A stretch of 56,446 nucleotides of DNA, filler included, from Gonapodya sp. JEL0774 (taxonomy: Eukaryota), in the NCBI GenBank assembly GCA_027604505.1. It is 2 parts of 2 records of this genome, joined end to end, with 100 filler letters (N's around TTAATTAATTAA, not from the genome) between each part and the next. Parts side by side here need not be neighbours in the genome. Positions count along the whole stretch, not along the records: positions 28,360 to 56,446 come from JADIIX010000213.1; 1 more part is not named here. One strand, given 5' to 3'. The position numbers were made by a program, and so were the translations under genes. Within the stretch, counting starts at the first letter, position 1. Each line of letters starts with the position of its first letter. The notes below the pieces were generated by a model. That model had not been told where the DNA came from and did not search any database. It was given only the letters and a program-made list of their open reading frames with translations. Shown one piece after another: positions 36,095 through 47,960 of this stretch.

Positions 36095-37160
36095 TCATCT
36101 TTTCAGCGTCCTCCCGTTTCACCCTCCTTCGATCCTCCCCCGTCCCGGTTGATCGTTACAAACGCACTCACCATGGCACATACATCGTGCCGTCGACCGA
36201 CAATACCATGTTCCAGAGAGTGGAATCGCTTTTTCATTCGTTGCAGGACTGTTCCGAGCGGTGAAATGGATTGATGGTGTGCAAAGCGGAAGCAGTGCGT
36301 GGTAGGATGGCGAGTGCGGAGCCAGGACTACGAGGGCAGAAGTAGAGAGACGGAGATCCCAGATAATAAGCGGGGGAGACAGACCAAAGCCGAGGGCGAC
36401 GGCACTGGTCGACCATGCTTGTGGTGGTATAGAATTTGGAATTTTGCGTGGGGTTCAGCTGGTGCAATCATCCAAAGTGAACACTCCGACGGAGGGAAAA
36501 CCGTGATACGTGGCTTTTCATTAGTGAACTCGAGACGAAGTTAAAGTGGTCTAAAGGGACGGAGCTTTGAACAGTTCACTTAAACTGTTACTTTTATCAC
36601 ACATTCTACACCGTGACAGTGTACCTGAACTCCAGACTTAGAAGTACTACCGAGGTAACCGTCCACACTCGCGAACGGAAAACGAAGAAAAGAATAAAAC
36701 AACACACTCTCTTGTCCACCCTACCATATGCCGCTCATCCTCTCCCAATGCACACCATCACATATTCACCTTTCCTGTCCCCCTCCGGTGCCCACAGCTC
36801 AAATCCCAAGCACTCCCATCTCTATCCCCATCCTCCCCCTCCTGCTCCCTGTTCCCACCCCACCAACTCCACCAAACCGTGCCGCAACAGCTCCTCCCAC
36901 ACTGTAACTACCACTCCTGGACTCAACACCACTCACTGCCCACATAGTCCCCAAAGGAGTTGGCGACGGTCCGGTAGTGTATACTGACCTCTGCGGAAGG
37001 CCAGCGACGCCGTAGTACTGGACTGGGAGGAGAGAGGTGGGGCATTGGGGACGGCATGGAACGGGTTTGATGGGTGAGCTGCGGGGCCGAGGTTGACGCG
37101 GGAGTCGTAGCGGAGGATGAAGGAGGGAGTGCTGAGGGGGAGTTGCGACAGGCCACATTC
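36095..37160. repeat. Diverged direct duplication, copy 1 (partner ~37550-38530); decayed 3' part of an SH3-containing gene
   Basis: By-eye alignment: gtcctcccgtttcaccctcc vs gtcctcccggttcaccgtcc; gtgaaatggattgatggtgt vs gtgaaatggttgatggtgt; gcgggagtcgtagcggagg vs gcgggagtcgtagtggagg. Minus-strand peptides YDSRVNLGP vs YDSRINLGP. Confidence 0.75.
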
Positions 37161-37549
37161 AAATTGGTGAGCTAGCGGGGATGAATGGGTGGAGGCGGGC
37201 TTTGGGGAAACCAAAGGCGTGCAAAATAGAGAGACACCTAAGTAGACTGTAGAGTGTGATGTGCAGGGTCATACAACGAGGGAAAAACACAGACTTCTGT
37301 TTGCAACTGCTCACTCACTGATTGGAGTCAAACCCCGTAGTTCCACACGTTCATCCGTGTCATACACTCGGGCGACTTCACAGCGTTTCCAACTGTGAGG
37401 GGATTGATATGGATCCAGTCGTTGAGCGTGATTGGCTTCGTTCGTGGTGGTAAGACAAAGTTGTCAATGCCGATGGCCATACATGTAGAGCAGAAAGAGA
37501 GACAACGACACAGCTTACTTGCCATCCCCTATTAGACAGCGATGTAGCT

Positions 37550-39911
37550 CACCTTTCCGCGTCCTCCCGGTTCACCGTCCTTCCATCCCTCGCCCTTCGC
37601 CCCTGTTGATCGTCACCGCCGCACTCACTACTGCCCATCCATCCTGCCGTGGACCGACATTCTCTATTTTCCAGACTGGGAAATCGCCTTTTTCCTTCGC
37701 TGCAGTTCTATGCCGAACCGTGAAATGGTTGATGGTGTATAGCGCGGATTGAAGTTGGTTTGGGGTGGGAAGACGAGAGTGGGGGGTAAGACTGCGACCG
37801 AACGAGGGAGCGGCGGATATGGGAGATGGACCGGAGTGAGCCAAAATCGTCGAGCGCGACGGCGCGGGCTGAATGCGGGTTGGGGAGGGATCGGTCGTGC
37901 GGACTTGATCATCAGTTCCAACACCGAACTCGCAGTTCAACTGAACACAACTTTTCCTCCATACACTCACGATATGAAAAGAGTGTTCTGAGAGCACTAA
38001 ATTTTGGACAGCTCACTGAAACTGCTCACTTTCACCGGAATGTACAATAAAAAGTGTCACTCTCAAACTCTAGTAATGACACTACCAAACACGAACACAA
38101 ACCTACAACAGACAACATATATGAAAATAGACCCTTTTCTCTACCCGCCCCAGTTTTTTCCCACTGTTTACCTCCCTTGCCCTCATCCTGCCCCACCTCC
38201 CACTCCAAGCACCTCAGTCTCTGTCCACATCCTCCTACTCCCACTCCTTGTTCCATCCCCTCCACCTCCGCCAAATCTCGCCACCCCGTCACCTCCTCCT
38301 CCAACACTATACCCACCGCCTCTTGATTCCACACCCCGCGTGGGTCACGTGCCTGAAGGTGGTGGTGAAGGTCCAGCGGGTTACACTGACCGCTGCAGGG
38401 GTCCAGCCACATCCCCGTAATACTGGGACGAGAGAGGTGGTGCGGTGGGGATGGGGCGGAAGATGTTGGACGGGGGAGGAGTGGGGCCGAGATTGATGCG
38501 GGAGTCGTAGTGGAGGGTGAAAGAGGGTAGGTTGAGTTGGAGTTGGTAGGGGACAGGCAGGCTGGCTGTGTCACTGAGGCTGGAAATGCGCCAGAAGCGC
38601 AAGTACGGGTGTTGAGGCCCTGATAAGGTGTGAGGAAGGCAGTCGGGTGATAGTTAGGAATCCACCATCTTGTCACGTAAAGGGGAGGGGCGAAACAGTG
38701 AAAAGCACTCACTCACAAAACCCCACCTATCCGCAAACTCCGGGTTCACATAAATCTCATCACCTACGGCAAGATCAAGTTCATCGACATCTTGAGCATT
38801 GAAGTCAGCAATAGTGTGCATGAGCTTCTTGGCCGTGCGGGGTGGCTGGGGTTCACGAGGTGGGGGAGAAGGCGGGAGGGACGCGAGTCAGGTACGGAGG
38901 GTTCCAACCTCACCATCCATAGGTTGCGTTTTTGGTGGAGAGGGTGCGGTTTTTTGTTGAGAGAGTGCGATTTTCTGTGGAGAGGGCGTGAACTTCAGAC
39001 TGGAGGTCCTGGCTTGCTGATTCCACAGTCGTATTCCTTGCTTCGATGTCCGAGTTCCTCCTCTCCAATTCCTCTGCCTTTCTTTCAGCTTTTGCTTTCC
39101 TCACAGAAAGCGCCTCATTGTGCGCCCTGAGTCGATCCACTTCAGCCTGCAGCTCCTGATTCACCCTATCCTTGTTGGCAAGGAGGGATAGAAGGGTTTC
39201 AGTGGGATGAGACGATGAAGAAGGTGCTGTGGTAGGTGGGGAAGAAGGTTGGGGGCGGGATGGGAGTGGAGTGGGAGGGTTCGATTGATGGTCTTGGAGA
39301 GCTTGTAGGAATTCAGTTTCAGGCTGTTTGCGAGCGGCGTCGAGTTCTTTCAGGGTGACTACAGCCCCGTGAGAGAGGAGGAGGCGGACGATGGGGAGGG
39401 AAGGGCGTAGAGTGAGCCAGATGTAGGCGTCCTAGCTCTCCTTGGGATCCTTCAACCGGACGTTTCCCGCCTTGAGATTAACGGAGAGTTGGTTGTCAGA
39501 GAATGGTAAATCGCCTGTGCTGCCGTTCCACGCTGTGTACGTCCCCCCCCTCGCCACCGCCAGCGACAGGGTAGAAGGGAACAAGTACGTCACATCCCAA
39601 CGCCTCCTGTCCCAAACGTACGCACCCCACGATGAAGAACAATACGCAAATTTCCATTCACACACCCTGTTCGCATCAGCGCGTCCTTCGAGCAACGCCT
39701 TGACAACATCCTCGTTCGCATGAAGGATTCCCAATGACAACGCCGATTCGGATTTCAGAGAGTCCATTTTCGTCTGCCCTCTGATGGTGCATGTCAAAGT
39801 CACGAGTTTCTGTGCGTTCGGGTTCGCCCCTTCGCCCAAGAGCTGCCGGACCCGCTGCGCCTGCCCGTTCTCAACGGCCTCGATCAGTTGAATGTCGCGA
39901 GGAGTAGACAT
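37550..39911 (-). pseudogene. Pseudogenised paralog: ankyrin-derived module - coiled coil - SH3 (plus a second SH3-like relic)
   Basis: MSTPRDIQLIEAVENG is closely similar to the 34033 gene. In-frame TAG at 39434-39432 is followed by the expected DAYIWLTLRPSLPIVRLLLSHGA, in frame with the coiled-coil ORF 39164-38910. The SH3 exon MHTIADFNAQDVDELDLAVGDEIYVN needs a 1-nt frameshift to reach EFADRWGF; next exon GLNTRTCASGAFP. Confidence 0.8.
38928..38992 (-). repeat. Three imperfect 21-bp tandem units encoding heptads (HALSTEN-RTLSTKN-RTLSTKN)
   Basis: Plus-strand units of the form tttt.gtggagagggtgcg recur at 21-nt spacing inside the coiled-coil exon. Confidence 0.7.
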
Positions 39912-40945
39912 AACAGTTTTAGTTCGGATTGAGGTGATCTTGTCCTTTGTTTGCGTTTCTGGTTTGTTGCTGTGACTAGCTGCGCCATTGCAGCGAGCTT
40001 TCCAACAAACACTGCAACGAGCAGCGATGGGCGCGCCTCTAAATTCATGATATATTACCTATATTGTATTGCGTACATAATATACATGTGTCCGCTATTC
40101 CTGCTCCCGGAGTTGGTGCCACTCCAGACGCATTTCCTGTTTTGTTCCAGGCCAGTTTCCCCCGGCTCCAACACGCTCCATCCCCCGTGGTCCCCACAAC
40201 CCAGAAGTCACGAGTTTCGGTCTTAAGCAGCCGCCTGCGGGGCGCCCCCCCCCGGGGGCGGGGGCGCGGGCCGGCGGCGGCCGCCCCCCGGCCCCGGCGC
40301 CCCCGCCCCGCCCCGCCCGCCACGGGGGTTGCGAGCTCGGTCATATAATACAGACCGTGATTGGTGCTTGTTTGGTTGGTGACTGTATAGTAGCATTACC
40401 AGGAAGTCAATGTCAATATTCTGTTAGCGATCAAGATGACTTGGGGATCACTTGTGCTTACCGGCTCTTGAACCAAAAGTCAGTGAATAAACGACCACAA
40501 TGTGGACTCTCGTGACGTTTGCATTACTGATGTTCATGCTTCCTTCGAATCTTCGCTCCCTCTTATCATGCGGAGCTTCCACAATAACAAACATAGCAAT
40601 ACCTGAGGAGCGCTCGAGCTGCACGGGCAACCAATATAGCAGGGTGCACATTCATGTGATGCAGGGCGGTCCTTCTAGAATATCATGCTCTCACGTGTCA
40701 CATATGCAGACAAAGGAGGTGCTCAATGACACGAGCATTACTCTCTTTCAGGGTGCGTTCCTGATCCCATGCAATTGAAAGTATGCCGATTCGGGACAGA
40801 GCCAACTGCATGGCATATCCGTTATCGGTTATCCCCGTGCTGCACTTCATGAATGTATTTGACTCACAAGTTACGAGTGGAGTAAAACAGATGAAACGTC
40901 ACCTAAAACACCACCCACAACAAGACATGAAGACTGAAGTAATGG

Positions 40946-42058
40946 TCAAAAGGTTCTGGTTTGAGCAGTGAGGAGGTCACGCATTCGCCCATCCCCTGCA
41001 GAATTCAAGATGTCCGGATCCTCACAGGGATGGGCTCCCATCTGCAACAATAGCTTAACTACGTCATATTGATTGTGTGAAACCGCGGCTCGTAACGGTG
41101 CCTCTTTTGACAAATGGATATCTGCCCCTCTTGCAAGCAGCAGACGCACCACTTCCAAATGGCCTTCTGAGCACGCTGCAACAAGGCCATTAAAGCGAAT
41201 GTTTGAGCTGTGAATCTCAGCTCCTGCGTCCAAAAGCACTCTAACACACTGCAAAACACCTCCCCTGCAGGCAAAATACAGAGGGCGCTCAGCAGAGTGA
41301 ATGCCCACCCTTTCATCCTTCCAAAAAAATCGTACAACATTCAGCTATCCACGGAATGATGCAAGTTGGAGTCCGGTTCGAATCGAAGAATGGGGAACCA
41401 ACCCACTGCCAAGCAGCATCGTGGCGATCTCAAGACGGCCATACATGCAAGCATTCAGCCATATTGACCTCACACAGAGAGAGGGTAGCACATCACGTTT
41501 CACGTCTCGTCCGAAAATTAATCTCACAATTTCGTGATGTCCATTCCAGCACGCGGGGACCAATGCAAAATAGCGAGCAGGAGCGTCAGTAGGCCCGTAA
41601 GAGACAAGAATGTTATTGATATTAGTGTTGAAATGTCGCCGGGCTGCCTCATCCACTGTGGTGTATTGCTGTATGGGCTGAATGTCTGCTCCACCAGCGA
41701 GGAGTGATTGAGCTCGGGCGATATCTCCCATGGAGCACACCAGGATAAATGCAGCTTCTAAATCGCCTTTTGCAACGTCACATCGGCGAATGAGAGCCTC
41801 CGTTACACGGATGTCTCTCGCTGCGCGCGTACAGTCGCGGATAAGAGCGTTTCGCGCACCCCCGAACCTAGAGATGGCCCGTCTGGAAACATCCGGAGGA
41901 GTGCTGAAAGCCGAATGGAGATCTCGGTTCAAAGAAGAGGTCGGGAGACCAAAGGGGAAGTCCTGCCAGAATGTTCCGATATTGTGGAGGATATCCTCCG
42001 GGAGTTCGAGGAGTCGAAAGGGAGCAAGCTGGGAGTTCAAGTTCAACGACGCCGTCAT
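40946..42058 (-). pseudogene. F-box-like + ankyrin-repeat gene interrupted by one in-frame TAG (41347-41345)
   Basis: N-terminal LLELPEDILHNIG (F-box-like). Ankyrin repeats ACWNGHHEIVRLI, ACMYGRLEIATMLL, ASFRG*LNVVRF, ACRGGVLQCVRVLLDAGA, ACSEGHLEVVRLLLARGAD. The two ORFs are in the same frame. Confidence 0.8.
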
Positions 42059-42487
42059 GGCAGGAACGATGAAGAAGTGGCAGTTTGAGCCGGACGAGGG
42101 TCTCAGGTGTTTTGGAGTCACAGCATTCACCTGGCATGGGTGTGTGCACCAGTTATAATGTAGCTGTCCACCCCCTTCCTTGGCTGGAGTGTCAGTCCTC
42201 CCACCGCACTGCTTCCAACGCACGGCTTTCTTGGGTTCCCCCGTTTATGGTGCATGGTCGGTCGGCAAACCAGTCAACAGCCCCTCTCGCCCTTTCGTGA
42301 TTCGTCTCAGTGGGATTCAGCAGGAGTAGGGTGTCGAGCTTCTGGAACTTTTACCCTGTCGTCTCAGTCCCGACGGAGGGCCAGTTTCTTGACGGCGAAC
42401 CCAGCATTGGGGATCTGCGCGGTGGAACGGCTAAACGAGAATATGCGTTTTGGTTGCACACTCGACCAAGAAGAACGGACCCGCCAG

Positions 42488-43170
42488 ATGTCGATACGGA
42501 TCATCCGGGACAAGCGTCTTCCGAATGTCACCGCGCCTCTCGTCGCATCGGCTGCATTCTTGATTGGAGCCACAAACTCACACCTTCTCTTCCTGTCACC
42601 GTACCCTCCTTCACCGCTCAGTTCTGATGCCGCGCTCGTGAACGCAGCCGCTGTCACAACTCAGTACTTGAAAACGTGGGCGTTATCGGGGCCACGATGG
42701 TACTGGACATTGGAGATCGCAAACCGGTGGTTGTTTCTACCTGCATTGCTGGTGATTCAAGCGCTGAGAAACGGACGGGGTGCAGATGTGCTAGCGGGAT
42801 GTGAGCATTCATACACGGCGTTACTCGACTTGGCATGTTAGGAACCAGATCTTATATACTTCTGCTCGGACAAGCCCTTCACCTCCTCACTCTCATATGG
42901 CGACTCTTCCGCCTCAGACCCGCCCTGACCTCTGTTCTGGGACTCGTTTCAAAAACCACATCATTATCTCCATCTGATGCTCGACCTGTGTACCAAATCA
43001 TCTCTTCGCTCGACTCAAAACAGCGCGCGATCCTTCTAGCTAACCTGGGAACCATGGCCACCACTGAACGCATTGCTCAAGCATTGCTGGTCATCGTCGT
43101 CTCTCTGCAAGTGGCTGCTGAACTCTATGATTGGTACTGTGAGAGAGAGAACGATGGTTGGGAAGATTGA
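42488..43170 (+). CDS. Small multi-pass membrane protein, possibly an Shr3-like ER chaperone; junction near 42800-42850 unresolved
   Basis: About four hydrophobic segments. LVASAAFLIG near the N-terminus and MATTERIAQALLVIVVSLQVAAELYDWY near the C-terminus resemble Shr3-family TM1 and TM4 from memory. Confidence 0.4.
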
Positions 43171-43715
43171 CACCGTTTGGTCGAACCAGTACATTTTGGG
43201 TGGGTCGGGGCGCCGGTTGGTGTCGAGGCCTCAACTTACAGAACGATAAGCGATAATGGTAACCATGGGTCAAAACGTATATTACATTCATACTAAACCA
43301 TATACTATAAGTCACATGCGAACTGCCCTAGTTCGACTTCATTCGCACCGTCAAGGGGTATCGTCATTCGCAGGCCACCTCACAGAGGATCTCCGCCCAG
43401 CACCTCGCCGCAACGGGCGGCCAAAAATGGCTGGAAGACGCACAAATCAATACCGAAAGGGAGCGATTCATCGACCCCTCGCATCCCCGCGCACGCACCT
43501 TCCAGATCAACGTTCGGATCCACCCTCCCAAAGATAGATTCCGCGCTCTGAGAACTCGACTGTCGAATCAACGCCTCGTGTACGTTCATCGATTTCGCCC
43601 ACTGAGGGGTGGTTCCCGACGGACCAGGCGAGTTGCCATCGTCATCCTCGTCACTGGCGACAGTCGTGGGTTAGCTCCAGTGTCTGGAGTGCATTCACAC
43701 AGATTCAACCGGGAC

Positions 43716-45488
43716 TCACTCATCTGGGATGTCGGGAATCTCTCCTCCGTGGAGTTCCACAATACTCTGGGGGACATCAAATTTCTGGGGTTTCACCGGT
43801 GGACGTTTTGCAGCTTGTACAGGTGTGGTGGCGGAAGCGAACGCAATTGGAGGTTGCGCTACTGTTGGTGGCGCGGTTGGAACAGGAGCCTTTGGCGTGG
43901 GTGCATGGAACAGAACGGTGAGCAGGCTGGCTGTACGCGCCCACCAGAGTCCGTAATGTTCCAACACAACACACCTCGAGAGCTAAAGGCTTCGCTTTCT
44001 TCAAAATACGATCTTCCTTGTTGGCGTTCTCGCAGTCCGAAGCACCACTGGTTCTGTCCCGCTTTGCTGGTCGGGCAGGAGACTGGTACATGGGCATACC
44101 GGCGTTCTTGATACGTTCCGCGAACGACAAGGTGCCCAGGGGAGGGCGGAGCGGCGACTGGACAGAAGTAGGGTCGGTGGAAACGCCGTAATCACGAAAC
44201 GCGCAATCAGCGAGGGTACCTTGAACGACGCAAACAGCTGCTCAACTCGTTCTCGGACGTTCTCTTTGCCTGGGGTAGCGTTGACCGCAAGAGGTTTCTT
44301 GGTTATGGAAGGAGGCAGCAGAGTATTCTGGGGGATCGGGCGTTCCTGCCTGGTGTGGGAGAAAAGGCCACTGGCAGCTCCTCCCGAAGCAGAACGGTCA
44401 GTTTCCACGCTATCTTGTGGAGCGTCCACGAATTCATCCTCGTCCTTGTCCGTACACGAATCTGCGCCGACGGACCCGCGAATTTGATGTCGAGAAGGTC
44501 CTGAGTGTATTCGAGGTGATACAGAAGCCGCTGCTGAGGTGGAACATATAGAAGTACCACCAAGTTTAGTGCTATCCTCATCAACATCGTGGAGAGCACT
44601 CAGTTTCTTCGAGGGAGGAGACGGTATCGCTCTCAACACATATCGGGATGGCGAAGGGACCTTGGACATGGCCCAGCTGGGAAGTGGACGAGGCCCTAAG
44701 ATGCGCCGGGGCGCTTCGTTTCGGGGAGGGTGGGCTGGCGGGAAGACTGATTTTACGGCGATCAAAACGGGAGGAGGATCAGGAGGATCAAGTGGTGTGG
44801 TTTTTCCACTGACATGGACATCCGGTTCGGATGCGTCGGCGGTAATAGCACTAGTAGACAAACGCGTCGACATTCGTGTTTTTGCCACCGGTGCTGAGTT
44901 CCCCAGTTCTGTTGGTGGATCGACAAGTGTCATGTCTCCGGAGGACTGCGTCGGATTGGATTCCCTGTTTTTGGCACTGCGACTTCCATCCACCATCGAG
45001 TGAACATTGAAATCCTCATTGAAGGCACTTTGTTGCTTTGCCTTCCGTACCCCCGTTGGGGCACCTGTACCTTGTCGCCCGAACGCACTGAATCCCGCAA
45101 GAACTCTCGCAGTTTTGGGCACCTGCGATTGGCCTCCCGAAGATGTATTTTCCACTTCTGTGGAACTTTGCTGACTGTACGCTGCGAGTACACGCTGAGT
45201 TGTAGATTTGAGTTGCGCCCGCGCCCGTTTCCCCGGTGTTCCCTTTTGTTGAAGCTTATATCGCGCAGCAGCGAGCGTAGTACGTGCAAACGACGACATG
45301 GGAGCGACCGATGTGCCAAACGCAACAGTAGTGCGGAGAGGGGAGGGTTTAGGTGTGGTGGCGCCTGAGGAAATGGTGTGAGGGGTTTTCTTCTTGGGAG
45401 GGTTGTTCAGTCGGATGCGTTTCGACGGACGCTGATGTAAAGGGGACCCTGGGATAGAGGATATCGATGGTTGTCGTTTGGGGCTCAT
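43716..45488 (-). CDS. Hypothetical Ser/Pro/Thr-rich, basic, probably disordered protein (multi-exon; 3' end uncertain)
   Basis: About 1.5 kb of open frame from MSPKRQPS with NLS-like RPSKRIRL and PPKKK, and a KEN motif (GKENV). Downstream same-strand ORFs 43777-44130 and 43716-43967. Confidence 0.55.
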
Positions 45489-46415
45489 TTTGGCCGGGGA
45501 CGGCGCGGCCCTCGTCAGCGACAGAGGTGAAAGGGCCACGCAGACTTGCGGTACAGGGCTTTCACAGAAAACGCTCTCCGAGCGGCCTAGCTCAACTGAT
45601 ATTCCATCCATACCCGAGGAAGAATGCCTGGTTGCGTCAAAAGGCCCCGAAGATACGTTGAAAATGGGTTCTGGTTGCAATAAAGTCTGCGCCGCATCGA
45701 AATCATTGTGTCGCGATCCAGAATGAGATGAATACAGGCGTATAACGTCCGAATTTGCAGCTCCTTGGGTAGAGCCAAGTGCATTGCCGCTTTTTGGTCC
45801 CAGATTCTTGCGAGTGTCCGCCTAAATATTGCGATAATGAAAAGCTCAGCAGTTGCCAGAACCCGCCGTCCGGGACTGGCAAAGAGAGGCTAAAATTTGT
45901 ACTCACTTTCTTCACTCCTTTTCTCGTGTTTTCTTTTGCTACGACCTGCGTGGCACGCTGCTGCAGAAGTCGCCTAAAAGAGGATCGGCGTCCGCGTCAG
46001 GGAAGCACACAGTGAACTCAAGCACGCGAACATCACACCATTTATGTGCAAGCACCATCAGTTCTCTCTTGGCCGGGGTATCGTCCAGCCTGTTCGTCCG
46101 GTTCCACTCCGCTGTCGCAGTTCGAATCTCCGAAACCAGCGGTAAGGAATCGATGTGCAATTTGTGAGAATCACTTGTGAGATGTGTATCCACGTAGTTT
46201 GAAATCGCGCCATCAAGGCAATTCCGGGTCATTTTGGTGAAATCGAACCCAGCGAAGCTTTCGTCCAGCTTCTGTCAGAGGCTAAGGTGCACGAGCCACA
46301 CGGCAACCGGACCAAACAACAGCAGAGAGCAACGGGAATCCTCAGACGACAAAAGCAGAGAGAAGTCACAGCAGCTTTGTTCGCGATTGAAACGGTACTA
46401 TATACAAATGGAGGC

Positions 46416-47738
46416 TTAGCTTGCACCGTAACCCTTCACATACTCCCCCACAGTCCAATCAGTGGAGAGTTTGTAAGGCTCCGAGATGTGAACACCTTCT
46501 GCAGTAACCTTTGCTACTTGAATCTGTGTGGTACGGAAATGCATGAGTATCGTCCTTCAACTGCTGACTTCGAACTGTGTCCAAACGGAACAAACTGTAC
46601 CTTGTCCCAAGCCCTCGCATCCCTATACCACAGGATCCGCAAAGAGTCCTCAAGAAGCTTGAGAGCTTCATCCTCTGTGATTTCATCTTCTCGACCCTCT
46701 ACTTGCTTTCGGAGAAGGGGCTGGGCAATCATGGAGCCGTAGCCTGTTGCGATGGTCGAGGCGTGGTAGGAGGTTCCCCGAAGATCGACATAGCCAAGAA
46801 ATCTGCAGAATGCAACGTGAGTGTGAAGACAATTTCATTGATCGATGCGCTCAACCCGTGGCATTAGGTCCCCACATGAACATGTCCAGGCTACCCCTTG
46901 GAAGGAAAGGAAGAAAGATTCAAGAATAATTTACTTACTTCTCTCCATCTTTGAAGCCCGCAACCACCAAATAGTTCCACAGTGGGTTAAAGTTGGTCCT
47001 TCGGTTGTACATGACACGGCTCAGGTACTCGAAAATGTTCTTCGGACCAAGTTTGTGGCCATCCTCGGTGTAATACTCTTCAATACTATATGAGACAGAG
47101 GGGAATTTTACATTCAACGGGTTTCGACACCACAGGAAGACGGACACTCACAGAACCTCTTCAAGCAGGTGCTTGATGTGCTGGAAGTCCGAAGCCTCGC
47201 CCGTCGCTCCGACAACTGTGAAGTCACCGGCTTGAACAATACGTCGCGTGTCACGGAACCTCGCAAGAGATCCATAGGACGCTAGAAGAGGTCACGGCAA
47301 GTTGTCAGTGCAGGTCGAACAAAACAGCAACACCCACTGTTGGTGGGACGTAGAGGCCGAAAGACTCACAAAGAGTGTCACCAGCCATCATAATTCCATC
47401 TTTGTATTTAATGGCAATGATGGATGTGCCAGTCATGATAGGCGACCTTAGTTCATGAGCACAGTCAAACCCCACCACGTATGCAGACAGAAATGTAGTC
47501 GATTGGGATTGCATTCACAAGGAAATTCGGGACGTTACTCAAAATGAAGCAGAGCATGACCTATCGAACCGACAATTACTTACTGGGTGTGTGTTACCGG
47601 CGTTCCAAGCTGCATTCTCGCCCTCTGCTGTCCGGAAGATGCTGCCTCCAAATAGTCCCCATTTGCACGACCTAGGAAAGCGTCATCTCCTGCTCCACTC
47701 GGGCGCGGGTTTCCCCAAGAGGCTGGGAAGTAATCCAT
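46416..47738 (-). CDS. PRE4: 20S proteasome subunit beta-7 (PSMB4), multi-exon
   Basis: PVTHTQ|SPIMTGTSIIAIKYKDGIMMAGDTL|ASYGSLARFRD, YLSRVMYNRRTNFNPLWN, ATGYGSMIAQPLLR, RILWYRDAR; last exon ends DWTVGEYVKGYGAS*. Confidence 0.96.
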
Positions 47739-47960
47739 GAAAGTTTGTTGGCGATGTGAGCTTGCGTGAGCACGCACACGGCACTCATGACCCATAAACA
47801 TAATTCGCAAACGTGAAGGGCAACTAATAAAATTGATAAAGGACACAAATGAAGTCAATTTAATTAAATCTTAAGGGAAGGCTTCAGCATCGGGATGTTG
47901 AACCTGGACAACGGCTTCGTGAGCCAGAGTGCACGAGTTCCAGAGAAAGCACATTAAATC

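Noticed and set aside
39432..41347. Genome-wide reassignment of UAG to a sense codon
   Set aside because: TAG is the terminator of ERG6 (23017) and apparently of the kinase (32217), and the 39911 gene also carries a frameshift.
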